This document shows positions 10,998 to 18,764 of a stretch of 64,000 nucleotides of DNA, one piece after another. Both the position numbers and the translations under genes were made by a program. Within the stretch, counting starts at the first letter, position 1; each line of letters starts with the position of its first letter. Source of the DNA: an uncultured Acidimicrobiales bacterium (lineage in GTDB: Bacteria > Actinomycetota > Acidimicrobiia > Acidimicrobiales > UBA8190); contig CAWESO010000019.1 in NCBI GenBank assembly GCA_963811775.1, positions 122,819-186,818 of the forward strand. Direction: 5' to 3'. The notes under the pieces are model-generated. The model saw only the letters and a program-made list of their open reading frames with translations, was not told the origin of the DNA and did not search any database.

Positions 10998-13289
10998 ATG
11001 ACCACCCCGACGAGCAGGATTCGCAGCATGGCTCGGCGTGCCCGTTCGGGCGTGTCGTCACGACGACCGGTGGCGCCACAGGGGTCTGTCGCCGTTCTCA
11101 CGTGCGCGGCGCTGTTCGCCGGCGCGAGCGCCGTCACGGTGGGCGCCCTGTCGGGTCCCGCCGCCGCGGCACGTGCCTCGACTTCGCTCCCGGTGGCCCA
11201 CACCGTGTTCGGAACGAGCTGGCCGGTCTACCACCACGACGCCCTCGGCGGTGGCGCCGATCCCACCGGCACCGACCTCAGCCCGGCATCGGCGGCGTGG
11301 ACGTCGGCTGCCCTCGACGGCGAGATCTACGGGGAGCCGCTCGTGGCATCCGGGCGCGTGGTCGTCGCCACCGAGAACGACACCATGTACGAGCTGGCCG
11401 CCGACACCGGGGCCCTGCTGTGGTCGACCCACGTCGGCACCGCGGTTGCTTCGGGAAACCTGCCCTGTGGGGACATCTCGCCGACGGTCGGCATCACCGG
11501 GACGCCCGTGATCGACCCGGCGCGCGGCGAGGTGTTCGCCGTCACCGACGAGGCCGCGGGCGCCTCCGCCCAGCACTTCCTGGTGGGCCTCGACCTCTAC
11601 ACCGGCGCCGTGCTCTTGCACCAGCCCATCACCCTGCCGGGCTCGGACCAGCTCGCCGAGCTCCAGCGGACGGGATTGGCCATCGACGGCGGGAACGTCG
11701 TGGCGGGCTTCGGCGGGAACGACGGGGACTGCGGCAACTATCACGGCTGGTTGGTCGGCATTCCCGAAGGAGGCGGGCCGGAGTCCACCTTCGAGGTGGC
11801 CTCGGCCGCCGGTGACAGTCAGGGTGCCATCTGGATGGGCGGCGCCGCACCTGTCGTGGACGGTCAAGGGAACATCTGGGTGACCACGGGCAACAGCGCC
11901 TTCGAATCGGCCAGCGACTCCTACGACGACAGTGACGGCGTCATCGAGTTGTCTCCGTCGCTGCACGTCGAGAAGTTCTTCGCCCCGACGACGTGGTACA
12001 GCGACAACGCCAGCGACTTCGACTTCTCCACCTCACCGGCTCTGGTGTCGTCCAACGGGCTCGCCTTCGCGGCGGGCAAGTCGCATCTCGGGTACCTGCT
12101 CTCGCAGTCGAACCCCGGTGGTATCGGGGGTCAGCTGCAGACCGTGTCGTCGTTCTGCGGTGGAGACGTGGACGGGGGGACGGCGGTGTCGGGGGCCACG
12201 GTGTACGAGCCCTGCCAGTCGGGGATCGCGGCCGTCGCCACCGCCGCGCCCAACACCGCCAGCGTGCTGTGGCATACCAATACCGGTGCCGGCGGGCCCC
12301 CCATCGTGGCCGGGGGGCTCGTGTGGTCCATCGACACCGGGAACGACGTGCTCTACGGACTGGACCCCGCCACGGGGAACGAGGTCCAGCAGCTCGCGCT
12401 CGGCTCGGAGGCCAACCATTTCCCCACGCCGACGGTCGCCGACGGGCTGTTGCTGGCGGCGTCCTCGACGCAGGTGCACGCCTTCGCCGGCCCGGCCGGG
12501 CTCCCGCCTGCGCCGCCACCGCCTCCGGCGCGGTCGGGGTACTGGACCACGGCCTCGGACGGGGGCGTGTTCAGTTTCGGCGGTGCCGGGTTCTCGGGTT
12601 CCATGGGCGGCCGGCATCTGCAGGCGCCGGTGGTGGGGATCACCGCCACCGCCGACGGCGGCGGCTACTGGCTGGTGGCGAAGGACGGCGGGGTCTTCGC
12701 CTTCGGTGACGCCGGCTACTTCGGTTCAATGGGCGGCCGGGCTCTGGCCAAGCCCATGGTGGGACTGGCGGCCGCTCCGAACGGGGACGGCTACTGGACC
12801 GTGGCCTCGGACGGTGGGGTGTTCAGTTTCGGGGGTGCCCGCTATTTCGGCTCGATGGGGGGAAGGCCCCTCGCCCGGCCCGTGGTCGGTATGGCGTCGA
12901 CGGCCGACGGCGGCGGCTACTGGCTGGTCGCCTCGGACGGGGGGGTGTTCGCCTTCGGTGACGCCCGCTTCCAGGGGTCGATGGGTGGTCGGCGCCTGGC
13001 GCAGCCCGTGGTGGCCATGGCGGCGGCCCCGGGCGGCGGCTACTGGTTGGCCGCCTCCGACGGCGGCATCTTCAGCTTTGGCGGGGCCGGCTTCTTCGGG
13101 TCGATGGGCGGCCGGCGCCTCAGCCGGCCCGTGGTGGGCATGACCCCGACCTCGACGGGCCAGGGCTATTGGGAGGTGGCCTCCGACGGCGGGATCTTTG
13201 CGTTCGGCGACGCGCCCTTCGAGGGGTCCGAGGCAGGGGCGCGGTTGGCCGCGCCGATGGTGGCCATGGCTGCGCCACCGCTGATCTGA
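10998..13289 (+). CDS. Secreted PQQ-like (BamB-type) beta-propeller protein with six C-terminal ~41-aa GYW..ASDGG.F.FG repeats
   Basis: ORF track, 763 aa. The N-terminus is basic, followed by the hydrophobic AVLTCAALFAGASAVTVGA (signal peptide). The central part has PQQ-like propeller repeats (GRVVVATENDTMYELAADTGALLWS...). The Pro-rich linker PPAPPPPPA precedes the six repeats. Confidence 0.75.
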   Translation: MTTPTSRIRSMARRARSGVSSRRPVAPQGSVAVLTCAALFAGASAVTVGALSGPAAAARASTSLPVAHTVFGTSWPVYHHDALGGGADPTGTDLSPASAAWTSAALDGEIYGEPLVASGRVVVATENDTMYELAADTGALLWSTHVGTAVASGNLPCGDISPTVGITGTPVIDPARGEVFAVTDEAAGASAQHFLVGLDLYTGAVLLHQPITLPGSDQLAELQRTGLAIDGGNVVAGFGGNDGDCGNYHGWLVGIPEGGGPESTFEVASAAGDSQGAIWMGGAAPVVDGQGNIWVTTGNSAFESASDSYDDSDGVIELSPSLHVEKFFAPTTWYSDNASDFDFSTSPALVSSNGLAFAAGKSHLGYLLSQSNPGGIGGQLQTVSSFCGGDVDGGTAVSGATVYEPCQSGIAAVATAAPNTASVLWHTNTGAGGPPIVAGGLVWSIDTGNDVLYGLDPATGNEVQQLALGSEANHFPTPTVADGLLLAASSTQVHAFAGPAGLPPAPPPPPARSGYWTTASDGGVFSFGGAGFSGSMGGRHLQAPVVGITATADGGGYWLVAKDGGVFAFGDAGYFGSMGGRALAKPMVGLAAAPNGDGYWTVASDGGVFSFGGARYFGSMGGRPLARPVVGMASTADGGGYWLVASDGGVFAFGDARFQGSMGGRRLAQPVVAMAAAPGGGYWLAASDGGIFSFGGAGFFGSMGGRRLSRPVVGMTPTSTGQGYWEVASDGGIFAFGDAPFEGSEAGARLAAPMVAMAAPPLI
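12534..13286 (+). repeat. Six tandem coding repeats of ~123 bp (41-42 aa each)
   Basis: The repeats begin SGYWTTASDGGVFSFGGAGFSGSMGGRHLQAPVVGITATADG / GGYWLVAKDGGVFAFGDAGYFGSMGGRALAKPMVGLAAAPNG / DGYWTVASDGG... / GGYWLVASDGG... / GGYWLAASDGG... / QGYWEVASDGG... Confidence 0.9.
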
Positions 13290-13300
13290 GCCAGCCCGCG

Positions 13301-14077
13301 TCAGGCCCCGTTTCGGCCGGTGGTGTCGTCCGGCGCAGGGCTCGACGGGCCTGAGGCGCGCCGGCGGCGGCGCGTCAGCTCGTGGAGCTGTGCCGCCTTG
13401 CGGGTGTTCGTCTTGTCGAGCGCCACGAATTCGCCCTCGGCCTCGACGCACACCACGCCGTCCTGGACGAGACGCCCCCGGCTCGTGACGCGACGGCCGT
13501 CGTTGGCCACGACCTCGGCTTCGAAGCGGGCCTCGACGCCCACCAGCGTCGGTCGGCGGAAGCGGATCGTGAGCCACACCGTCGGTCCCGCGGCACCGCT
13601 CAGGTAGTTGGCGGCCGTGAGGATGATGTCGAACGTGGCGGCCAGATGGGCTCCGTGAACCCAGCCGGGACCCCCCTCGTAGGGCGTCGTGAACACCGCC
13701 GTGCCGATGGCGAGAGGGGGCTGGAACGTGATCTCCACCGGGAGCGCGAGGGGGTTGAACCGCCCCACGATGGGGTCATAGGGCATCGATCGGTCCATCC
13801 ACGCACCCGGGGTCTCGGCCACCAGCGCCTTGGGGGGCTCCATGAAACGCGGCACGGGATCGGTCGGGACGTGTCGTGCCAGCGTGTCGGCGGCGGACCG
13901 GAGGTCCGACACCACCGAATCGAGCACGTCCGGGGGTGCCGTGTTCGTGACCACCAGGTCCACGAGATGGCGGACGGTGTCGGCGAGCTCGCCCAGGGAC
14001 CCTTCACGACCGGCGATGGCGGGGTGGAAACTCCCGGGGACCTCGTCGCTCACTGTCACCGTCTTTCCCCGTCCCAC
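13301..14077 (-). CDS. PaaI/4HBT-type hotdog-fold thioesterase with an N-terminal helical extension
   Basis: ORF track, 258 aa. Contains [23 protein letters not shown] (hotdog central-helix motif). It is a paralogue of 15247..16011. Confidence 0.7.
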   Translation of the reverse strand: MGRGKTVTVSDEVPGSFHPAIAGREGSLGELADTVRHLVDLVVTNTAPPDVLDSVVSDLRSAADTLARHVPTDPVPRFMEPPKALVAETPGAWMDRSMPYDPIVGRFNPLALPVEITFQPPLAIGTAVFTTPYEGGPGWVHGAHLAATFDIILTAANYLSGAAGPTVWLTIRFRRPTLVGVEARFEAEVVANDGRRVTSRGRLVQDGVVCVEAEGEFVALDKTNTRKAAQLHELTRRRRRASGPSSPAPDDTTGRNGA

Positions 14078-14233
14078 GTCCGTCGAGTGCTGTCCACGTC
14101 GGCCGCAGGCCGCCCGGGACTGTCTACCTCGGGAACGTCAGGGCGATCACATCGACGCACGGCGATCCCGAGGCACCCGGTCAGCCGTTTGAGCCTGATC
14201 CTGATGACTCCTGACGACGGAGTACGAGCCCAT

Positions 14234-14300
14234 TGCCGCAGACGGAGTTCGAGTCCCGTGCCGCAGGCGGAGTTCCGGTGCCGCAGGCGCAGTGCACCCG
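14234..14300. repeat. Three imperfect direct repeats TGCCGCAGRCG.. (starting at 14234, 14259 and 14279) in a divergent promoter region
   Basis: Read directly in the 370-nt gap between 13301..14077 (-) and 14447..15247 (+). Confidence 0.6.
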
Positions 14301-14446
14301 AGGGCAGGTGGTCGGCGGGGACGGCCAGGTCGGATGGGGAAGGAACTGGAATTCGTTCTAATGTCAGGGGACCCGTCGCCAGCGGGGGAGGAGCTGCCCG
14401 GCGCCCCTCCAGCACAGGCGGCGAGCCGAGACCTGAAGGAGAGGCC

Positions 14447-15247
14447 ATGGCCACCCCCGGCACCGAGAATCTGACGTTCGAGCGACACGGCGCCACCGCC
14501 GTCGTCACGATGAACCGCCCCGAAGCCAAGAACGCGCTGAGCCTGCCCATGCTCGTCGGCATGGCCGACGCCTGGGAGGAGATCGACGACAACGACGAGA
14601 TCCGGTGCGCCGTCCTCACCGGCGCAGGCGGGACCTTCTGCTCCGGGATGGACCTGAAGGCGATGTCGGCCCCCGAAGCCGAGCAGTACCGGCACCGTCA
14701 GGAGGCCGACCCCGACCTGCACTGGAAGGCCCTGCTCCGTCACTACCAACTGCGCAAGCCCCTCATCGCCGCGGTCGAGGGATGGGCGGTGGCCGGAGGG
14801 ACCGAGATCCTCCAAGCCACCGACATCCGGGTCGCGGGCGAGAGCGCCAAGTTCGGGGTGTTCGAGGCGCGCCGTGGACTGTTCCCCTTGGGTGGTTCGA
14901 CCGTGCGCCTCCGGCGGCAGATCCCGTTCACGGTGGCCATGGACCTCCTGCTCACGGCTCGGGAGGTGAGCGCCCAGGAGGCCAAGGAGATCGGTCTGAT
15001 CGGTCGTGTCGTCCCCGACGGGGAGGCGCTCGACGAGGCCTTGCGCATCGCCGAGGTGATCTGCGCCAACGGGCCGTTGGCCGTCGAGGCCATAAAGCGG
15101 TCGGTCCGCGAGACCGAGGGCATACCCGAGGTCGAGGCGCTCAAGATCGAGCTCGAGATCGGCTGGCCCATTTTCACCACGGAGGATGCCAAGGAGGGCC
15201 AGAAGGCCTTCGCCGAGAAGCGCACTCCCGAGTACAAGCGGCGCTGA
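14447..15247 (+). CDS. Enoyl-CoA hydratase/isomerase (crotonase family)
   Basis: This is the 3' part of ORF 13382..15247. Start at ATG 14447 ([31 protein letters not shown]), preceded by GAAGGAGAGG. Oxyanion-hole motif [12 protein letters not shown]. Confidence 0.9.
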   Translation: MATPGTENLTFERHGATAVVTMNRPEAKNALSLPMLVGMADAWEEIDDNDEIRCAVLTGAGGTFCSGMDLKAMSAPEAEQYRHRQEADPDLHWKALLRHYQLRKPLIAAVEGWAVAGGTEILQATDIRVAGESAKFGVFEARRGLFPLGGSTVRLRRQIPFTVAMDLLLTAREVSAQEAKEIGLIGRVVPDGEALDEALRIAEVICANGPLAVEAIKRSVRETEGIPEVEALKIELEIGWPIFTTEDAKEGQKAFAEKRTPEYKRR

Positions 15248-16011
15248 TGGCCGAACGAGAGCTGGGCGTTTCAGACTTCGGCATCTCGCCCGGCGGTGAG
15301 GTCCAAGACGCGGGAGCACCGCGGGAGACCGTGGAAGACGCCCGGTTCGAACTGGCGAACCAGGTTCGGCGGATCATGAGTGCCATGGTGGGCCTTCCCA
15401 TCGCGGACGACGCGATCCACGACGCCTCGGCCGCGCTCAAGGAGGTGGCCGACGGGCTCGAACGAGTGGCCGACCCCGGTCGCCGGTTGCGGGCCCAACC
15501 CGACCCGGTCGGGCATCCCCAGGAGTTCTTCCCGACCAGCCCGGTCATCGGCTTCGCCAACCCTGTGGCTCCGCCGGTGGTGGTCGAGGCGGTCGACGGT
15601 GAGCTGCGGGGCACCGCGACCTTCGACTACCAGTACGAGGGGCCGCCGACCTGCGTGCACGGTGGGGTCATCGCCATGGTCTTCGACGAGATGCTGGGCG
15701 CCGCCAACATCATGGCGGGGAGCCCGGGCATGACCGGGACCCTCACCATCAAGTACCGCAAGCCGACGCCGCTCCGTACCCCGCTTCGTCTCGAAGCTCG
15801 TTTCATGGAGCGAGACGGTCGCAAGATCCGTACCTACGGCGCCATGTACAACGGGGACACCCTGACCGCCGAGGCCGAGGGCATCTTCATCGAGCTCGTG
15901 CCCCAACGCTTTCTGGAGTACGTGACCGAGAATTCCGACTCGCCCGAGGCGGTCGAGCAGGTCCGTGCGGACGCCCGGCGACTCGGGTTCATCGACGGCG
16001 CGCCGAGCTGA
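15247..16011 (+). CDS. PaaI/4HBT-type hotdog-fold thioesterase (second paralogue)
   Basis: In-frame 3' part of ORF 14605..16011. The ATG at 15247 overlaps the crotonase TGA (TGATG). Contains PPTCVHGGVIAMVFDEMLGAAN. Confidence 0.75.
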   Translation: MAERELGVSDFGISPGGEVQDAGAPRETVEDARFELANQVRRIMSAMVGLPIADDAIHDASAALKEVADGLERVADPGRRLRAQPDPVGHPQEFFPTSPVIGFANPVAPPVVVEAVDGELRGTATFDYQYEGPPTCVHGGVIAMVFDEMLGAANIMAGSPGMTGTLTIKYRKPTPLRTPLRLEARFMERDGRKIRTYGAMYNGDTLTAEAEGIFIELVPQRFLEYVTENSDSPEAVEQVRADARRLGFIDGAPS

Positions 16012-16170
16012 CAGCTGGGCCTGGCCGGGTCGCGCCGTTGTGCCCGGGGACACGGAGAGGTCGGATCGAGGGTGCGCCAGACATGCTCCGGATGATCCGA
16101 GTCGGTCACCTCTGGGGACTGGTCGAGGTCCACCACGGGTAGGCGGCCGGCGGATCGAGCCGTCGAGAGC

Positions 16171-16222
16171 CCTCGAGGTAGCGGCCGAGGACCCCTCGAG
16201 GTAGCGGCCGAGGACCCCTCGG
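16171..16222. repeat. 23-bp tandem repeat x2.3 (cctcgaggtagcggccgaggacc) in non-coding DNA
   Basis: Read directly. Each unit starts with the palindrome CCTCGAGG and can pair CCTCG..CGAGG. Confidence 0.85.
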
Positions 16223-16343
16223 ACCCGGCTCTTTGCCCCTTCGCCAGGTGATCCCACCTCTCTTCGTCACCCCGATCGGCTCCTGGCCACCGTGCGTGGC
16301 TGGTGTCTCAACAGGAGACCGCCTCGCGCCGATACCCCAGTAG

Positions 16344-18764
16344 GTGGCCGGCCCGTCGGGCCTGCCCGACGCGAGGACGGCTGGGTTGAGCGAAAGAGGA
16401 CGCCAGGGCAGCGCCGCGTCGTCGCAGCCCGCGGCGAGGATGGCGACGGTCGATCCCGCCGCGTCCCGGGAGCCGGCCCCCCCGACACCGAGAGCCTTGG
16501 ACGACGACGACCTGGCCGTGTTCCTCGAGATGTCCAACGAGATCTTCGGCGTGTTCGACCGGGCTCAGGGTCTCGTCTGGAACAACGGTGCCGCCGCCGC
16601 GCTCCTCGGGTACGACGAGGAGGAGCTGACCACGATGTCGCTGGTTGATCTCATCCACCCCGACGACCTCGCGCCGACGCTGGCGCTCTTCGATCCGGCC
16701 ACGGGTGACGTGGAGCCGTCGGGGGTGGTGTCGCGGTATCGGTGCAAGGACGGCAGCTGGCGGCGCCTCGAATGGACGGCTCGCGTGGAGCCCGAGACCG
16801 GGCTCGTCTACGGGGCGGCCCGCGACGTCACCGACTCCCACACCGCGCACAGCGCCCTCGGGGAGAACGAGGCATGGCTGCAGGCCATCCTCGACCACTC
16901 GACGGCGGCGATCTTCATGAAAGACCTCGCCGGCCGCTACGTCGTGGTCAACGAGCTCTTCCTGCGTTCGCTCGGTCTTCGCAACGAAGACGTCGTGGGC
17001 CGGACCGCGGCCGAGATCTGGCCTGATGCCGACATCGACGACGACGACCGACGCGTGCTCGACCGTGGTGAGGCCTTCACCCGGGACGACGTCGTGATAC
17101 TGGCCGACGGGCCCCACACGCTGATGACGGCGAGGTTCCCCTTGCTCGATGCCGCCGGCGACGTCACGGGGATGGCGGCCATCGCCACCGACATCACCGA
17201 ATGGACCCAGGTCCAGACGGCCCTCGCCGAGCGCCAAAACCTGCTCGACACGGTCATCCGGGCCTGTCCCGACATCGTCACCGTGCTCGACGCCGACGGC
17301 CAGGTGAGAGAGATCAGCGAAGCCTCGGCCCGGATCCTCGGGTACGACCTCAGTGACCCTCGCCACGTGGAGATCCAGTCCCTCGTCCATCCCGACGACG
17401 TCGAGCGGGTGTGTGAGGAGTCGGCCAAGGTCTTCTCGATGCCCGAAGGGCAGCTGAACGTCCAGTACCGGGTTCGCCATGCCGACGGGAGGTGGATCGA
17501 CCTCGACACCCGCGGGCAGGCGATGGTGGGGGACGACGGTCGGCCCGTCGGGGCTGTCGTGGTGTCGCGCGACGTGACCGACGAGCTCGAGGTCCAAGCC
17601 GAGATGCACGTGGCCGTGGACGTGGCCGAACAGGCCAGCAAGGCCAAGAGCGATTTCCTGTCGCGCATGAGCCACGAGCTGCGAACCCCGCTCAACTCGG
17701 TACTGGGCTTCTCCCAGCTCATCGAGATGGACGACCTCTCCGACAACCACGGTGAGGCCGTCGGGCACATCATGCGGGCCGGGCGCCATCTGCTGAACCT
17801 GATCGACGAGGTGCTCGACATCGCCCGGATCGAATCGGGCAACCTGGAGCTCCTCCTCGAGCCGGTGCCCGTGCGTCAGGTCCTCGGTGACGCCATGGAC
17901 CTCGCCCGGCCTCTGGCGGAAACCCGCCGCATCACGATCGCAGCTGACCTGAAGAGCTGTCCCGGCACTTGCCATGTCCTGTCGGATCGTCAGCGCCTCC
18001 TCCAGGTCTTGTTGAACCTCCTGTCGAACGCGGTGAAGTACAACCGCATCGGCGGGAGTGTCGCCGTCTCGGTCGTGCCCCAGTCGTCGGGCGTCGTCCG
18101 GATCATGGTGACCGACACCGGCAACGGGATAAACGAGGGCGACCTCGACCGAGTGTTCGAGCCCTTCGACCGGTTGGGCGCCGAGACCAGTGGGATCGAA
18201 GGCACGGGTGTCGGGCTCACCCTGTCGAAGTATCTGGTCGAGCGGATGGGAGGCACCATCTCGGTGCGTTCCCAGCCCCAGGAAGGCACCACCTTCACCG
18301 TCGAGCTCCCCACCGCCGACGCGCCCGCCGTGCCGGCGCGTGGCCCGGATTCACCACTCGACGACGTGCCGAACGTCGCCACGCTCCGCGTCCTGCACAT
18401 CGAGGACAACCTGGCGAACCTGGAGCTCGTCGAGCAGGTCCTCACTCGTTCGGGTGTCGTCGAGATCCTGGCGGCCATGTCGGGGAGCCTGGGGTTGGAG
18501 CTGGCGCGCGAGCACCGTCCTCATCTCGTCCTGTTGGACCTCCGCCTCCCCGACATGCCCGGGACGGCGTTGCTCGACGCTCTTCGCGACGACCCCAGGA
18601 CGACGGGGATCCCCGTGGTGGTCGTCACCGCCGATGCCACGCCGTCGCAGATCCAACGTCTGCGCGACGTCGGCGTGGCCGCGTACCTCACGAAGCCGAT
18701 CGACATCAGAGAGCTCCTGCGGGTCGTCGAGTCCATGTCCACCCGGACCGAGGATCTCCGGTGA
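16344..18764 (+). CDS. Hybrid sensor histidine kinase (PAS x3 - HisKA - HATPase_c - REC)
   Basis: ORF track, 806 aa. H-box SHELRTPLNSVLGF, G-boxes DTGNGI and GTGVGL, receiver domain with LVLLDLRLPDMPG. The start is uncertain (16344 or ATG 16440). Confidence 0.9.
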   Translation: MAGPSGLPDARTAGLSERGRQGSAASSQPAARMATVDPAASREPAPPTPRALDDDDLAVFLEMSNEIFGVFDRAQGLVWNNGAAAALLGYDEEELTTMSLVDLIHPDDLAPTLALFDPATGDVEPSGVVSRYRCKDGSWRRLEWTARVEPETGLVYGAARDVTDSHTAHSALGENEAWLQAILDHSTAAIFMKDLAGRYVVVNELFLRSLGLRNEDVVGRTAAEIWPDADIDDDDRRVLDRGEAFTRDDVVILADGPHTLMTARFPLLDAAGDVTGMAAIATDITEWTQVQTALAERQNLLDTVIRACPDIVTVLDADGQVREISEASARILGYDLSDPRHVEIQSLVHPDDVERVCEESAKVFSMPEGQLNVQYRVRHADGRWIDLDTRGQAMVGDDGRPVGAVVVSRDVTDELEVQAEMHVAVDVAEQASKAKSDFLSRMSHELRTPLNSVLGFSQLIEMDDLSDNHGEAVGHIMRAGRHLLNLIDEVLDIARIESGNLELLLEPVPVRQVLGDAMDLARPLAETRRITIAADLKSCPGTCHVLSDRQRLLQVLLNLLSNAVKYNRIGGSVAVSVVPQSSGVVRIMVTDTGNGINEGDLDRVFEPFDRLGAETSGIEGTGVGLTLSKYLVERMGGTISVRSQPQEGTTFTVELPTADAPAVPARGPDSPLDDVPNVATLRVLHIEDNLANLELVEQVLTRSGVVEILAAMSGSLGLELAREHRPHLVLLDLRLPDMPGTALLDALRDDPRTTGIPVVVVTADATPSQIQRLRDVGVAAYLTKPIDIRELLRVVESMSTRTEDLR

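Noticed and set aside
13382-14446. Long N-terminal extensions of real genes in the ORF track (13382.., 17969.., 33690.., 39955.., 58628.., 60147..61640, 61091.., 61288..)
   Set aside because: The upstream parts overlap neighbouring genes on the same or opposite strand and are low complexity. Internal starts with an RBS, coupling overlaps or family-typical N-termini were chosen instead.
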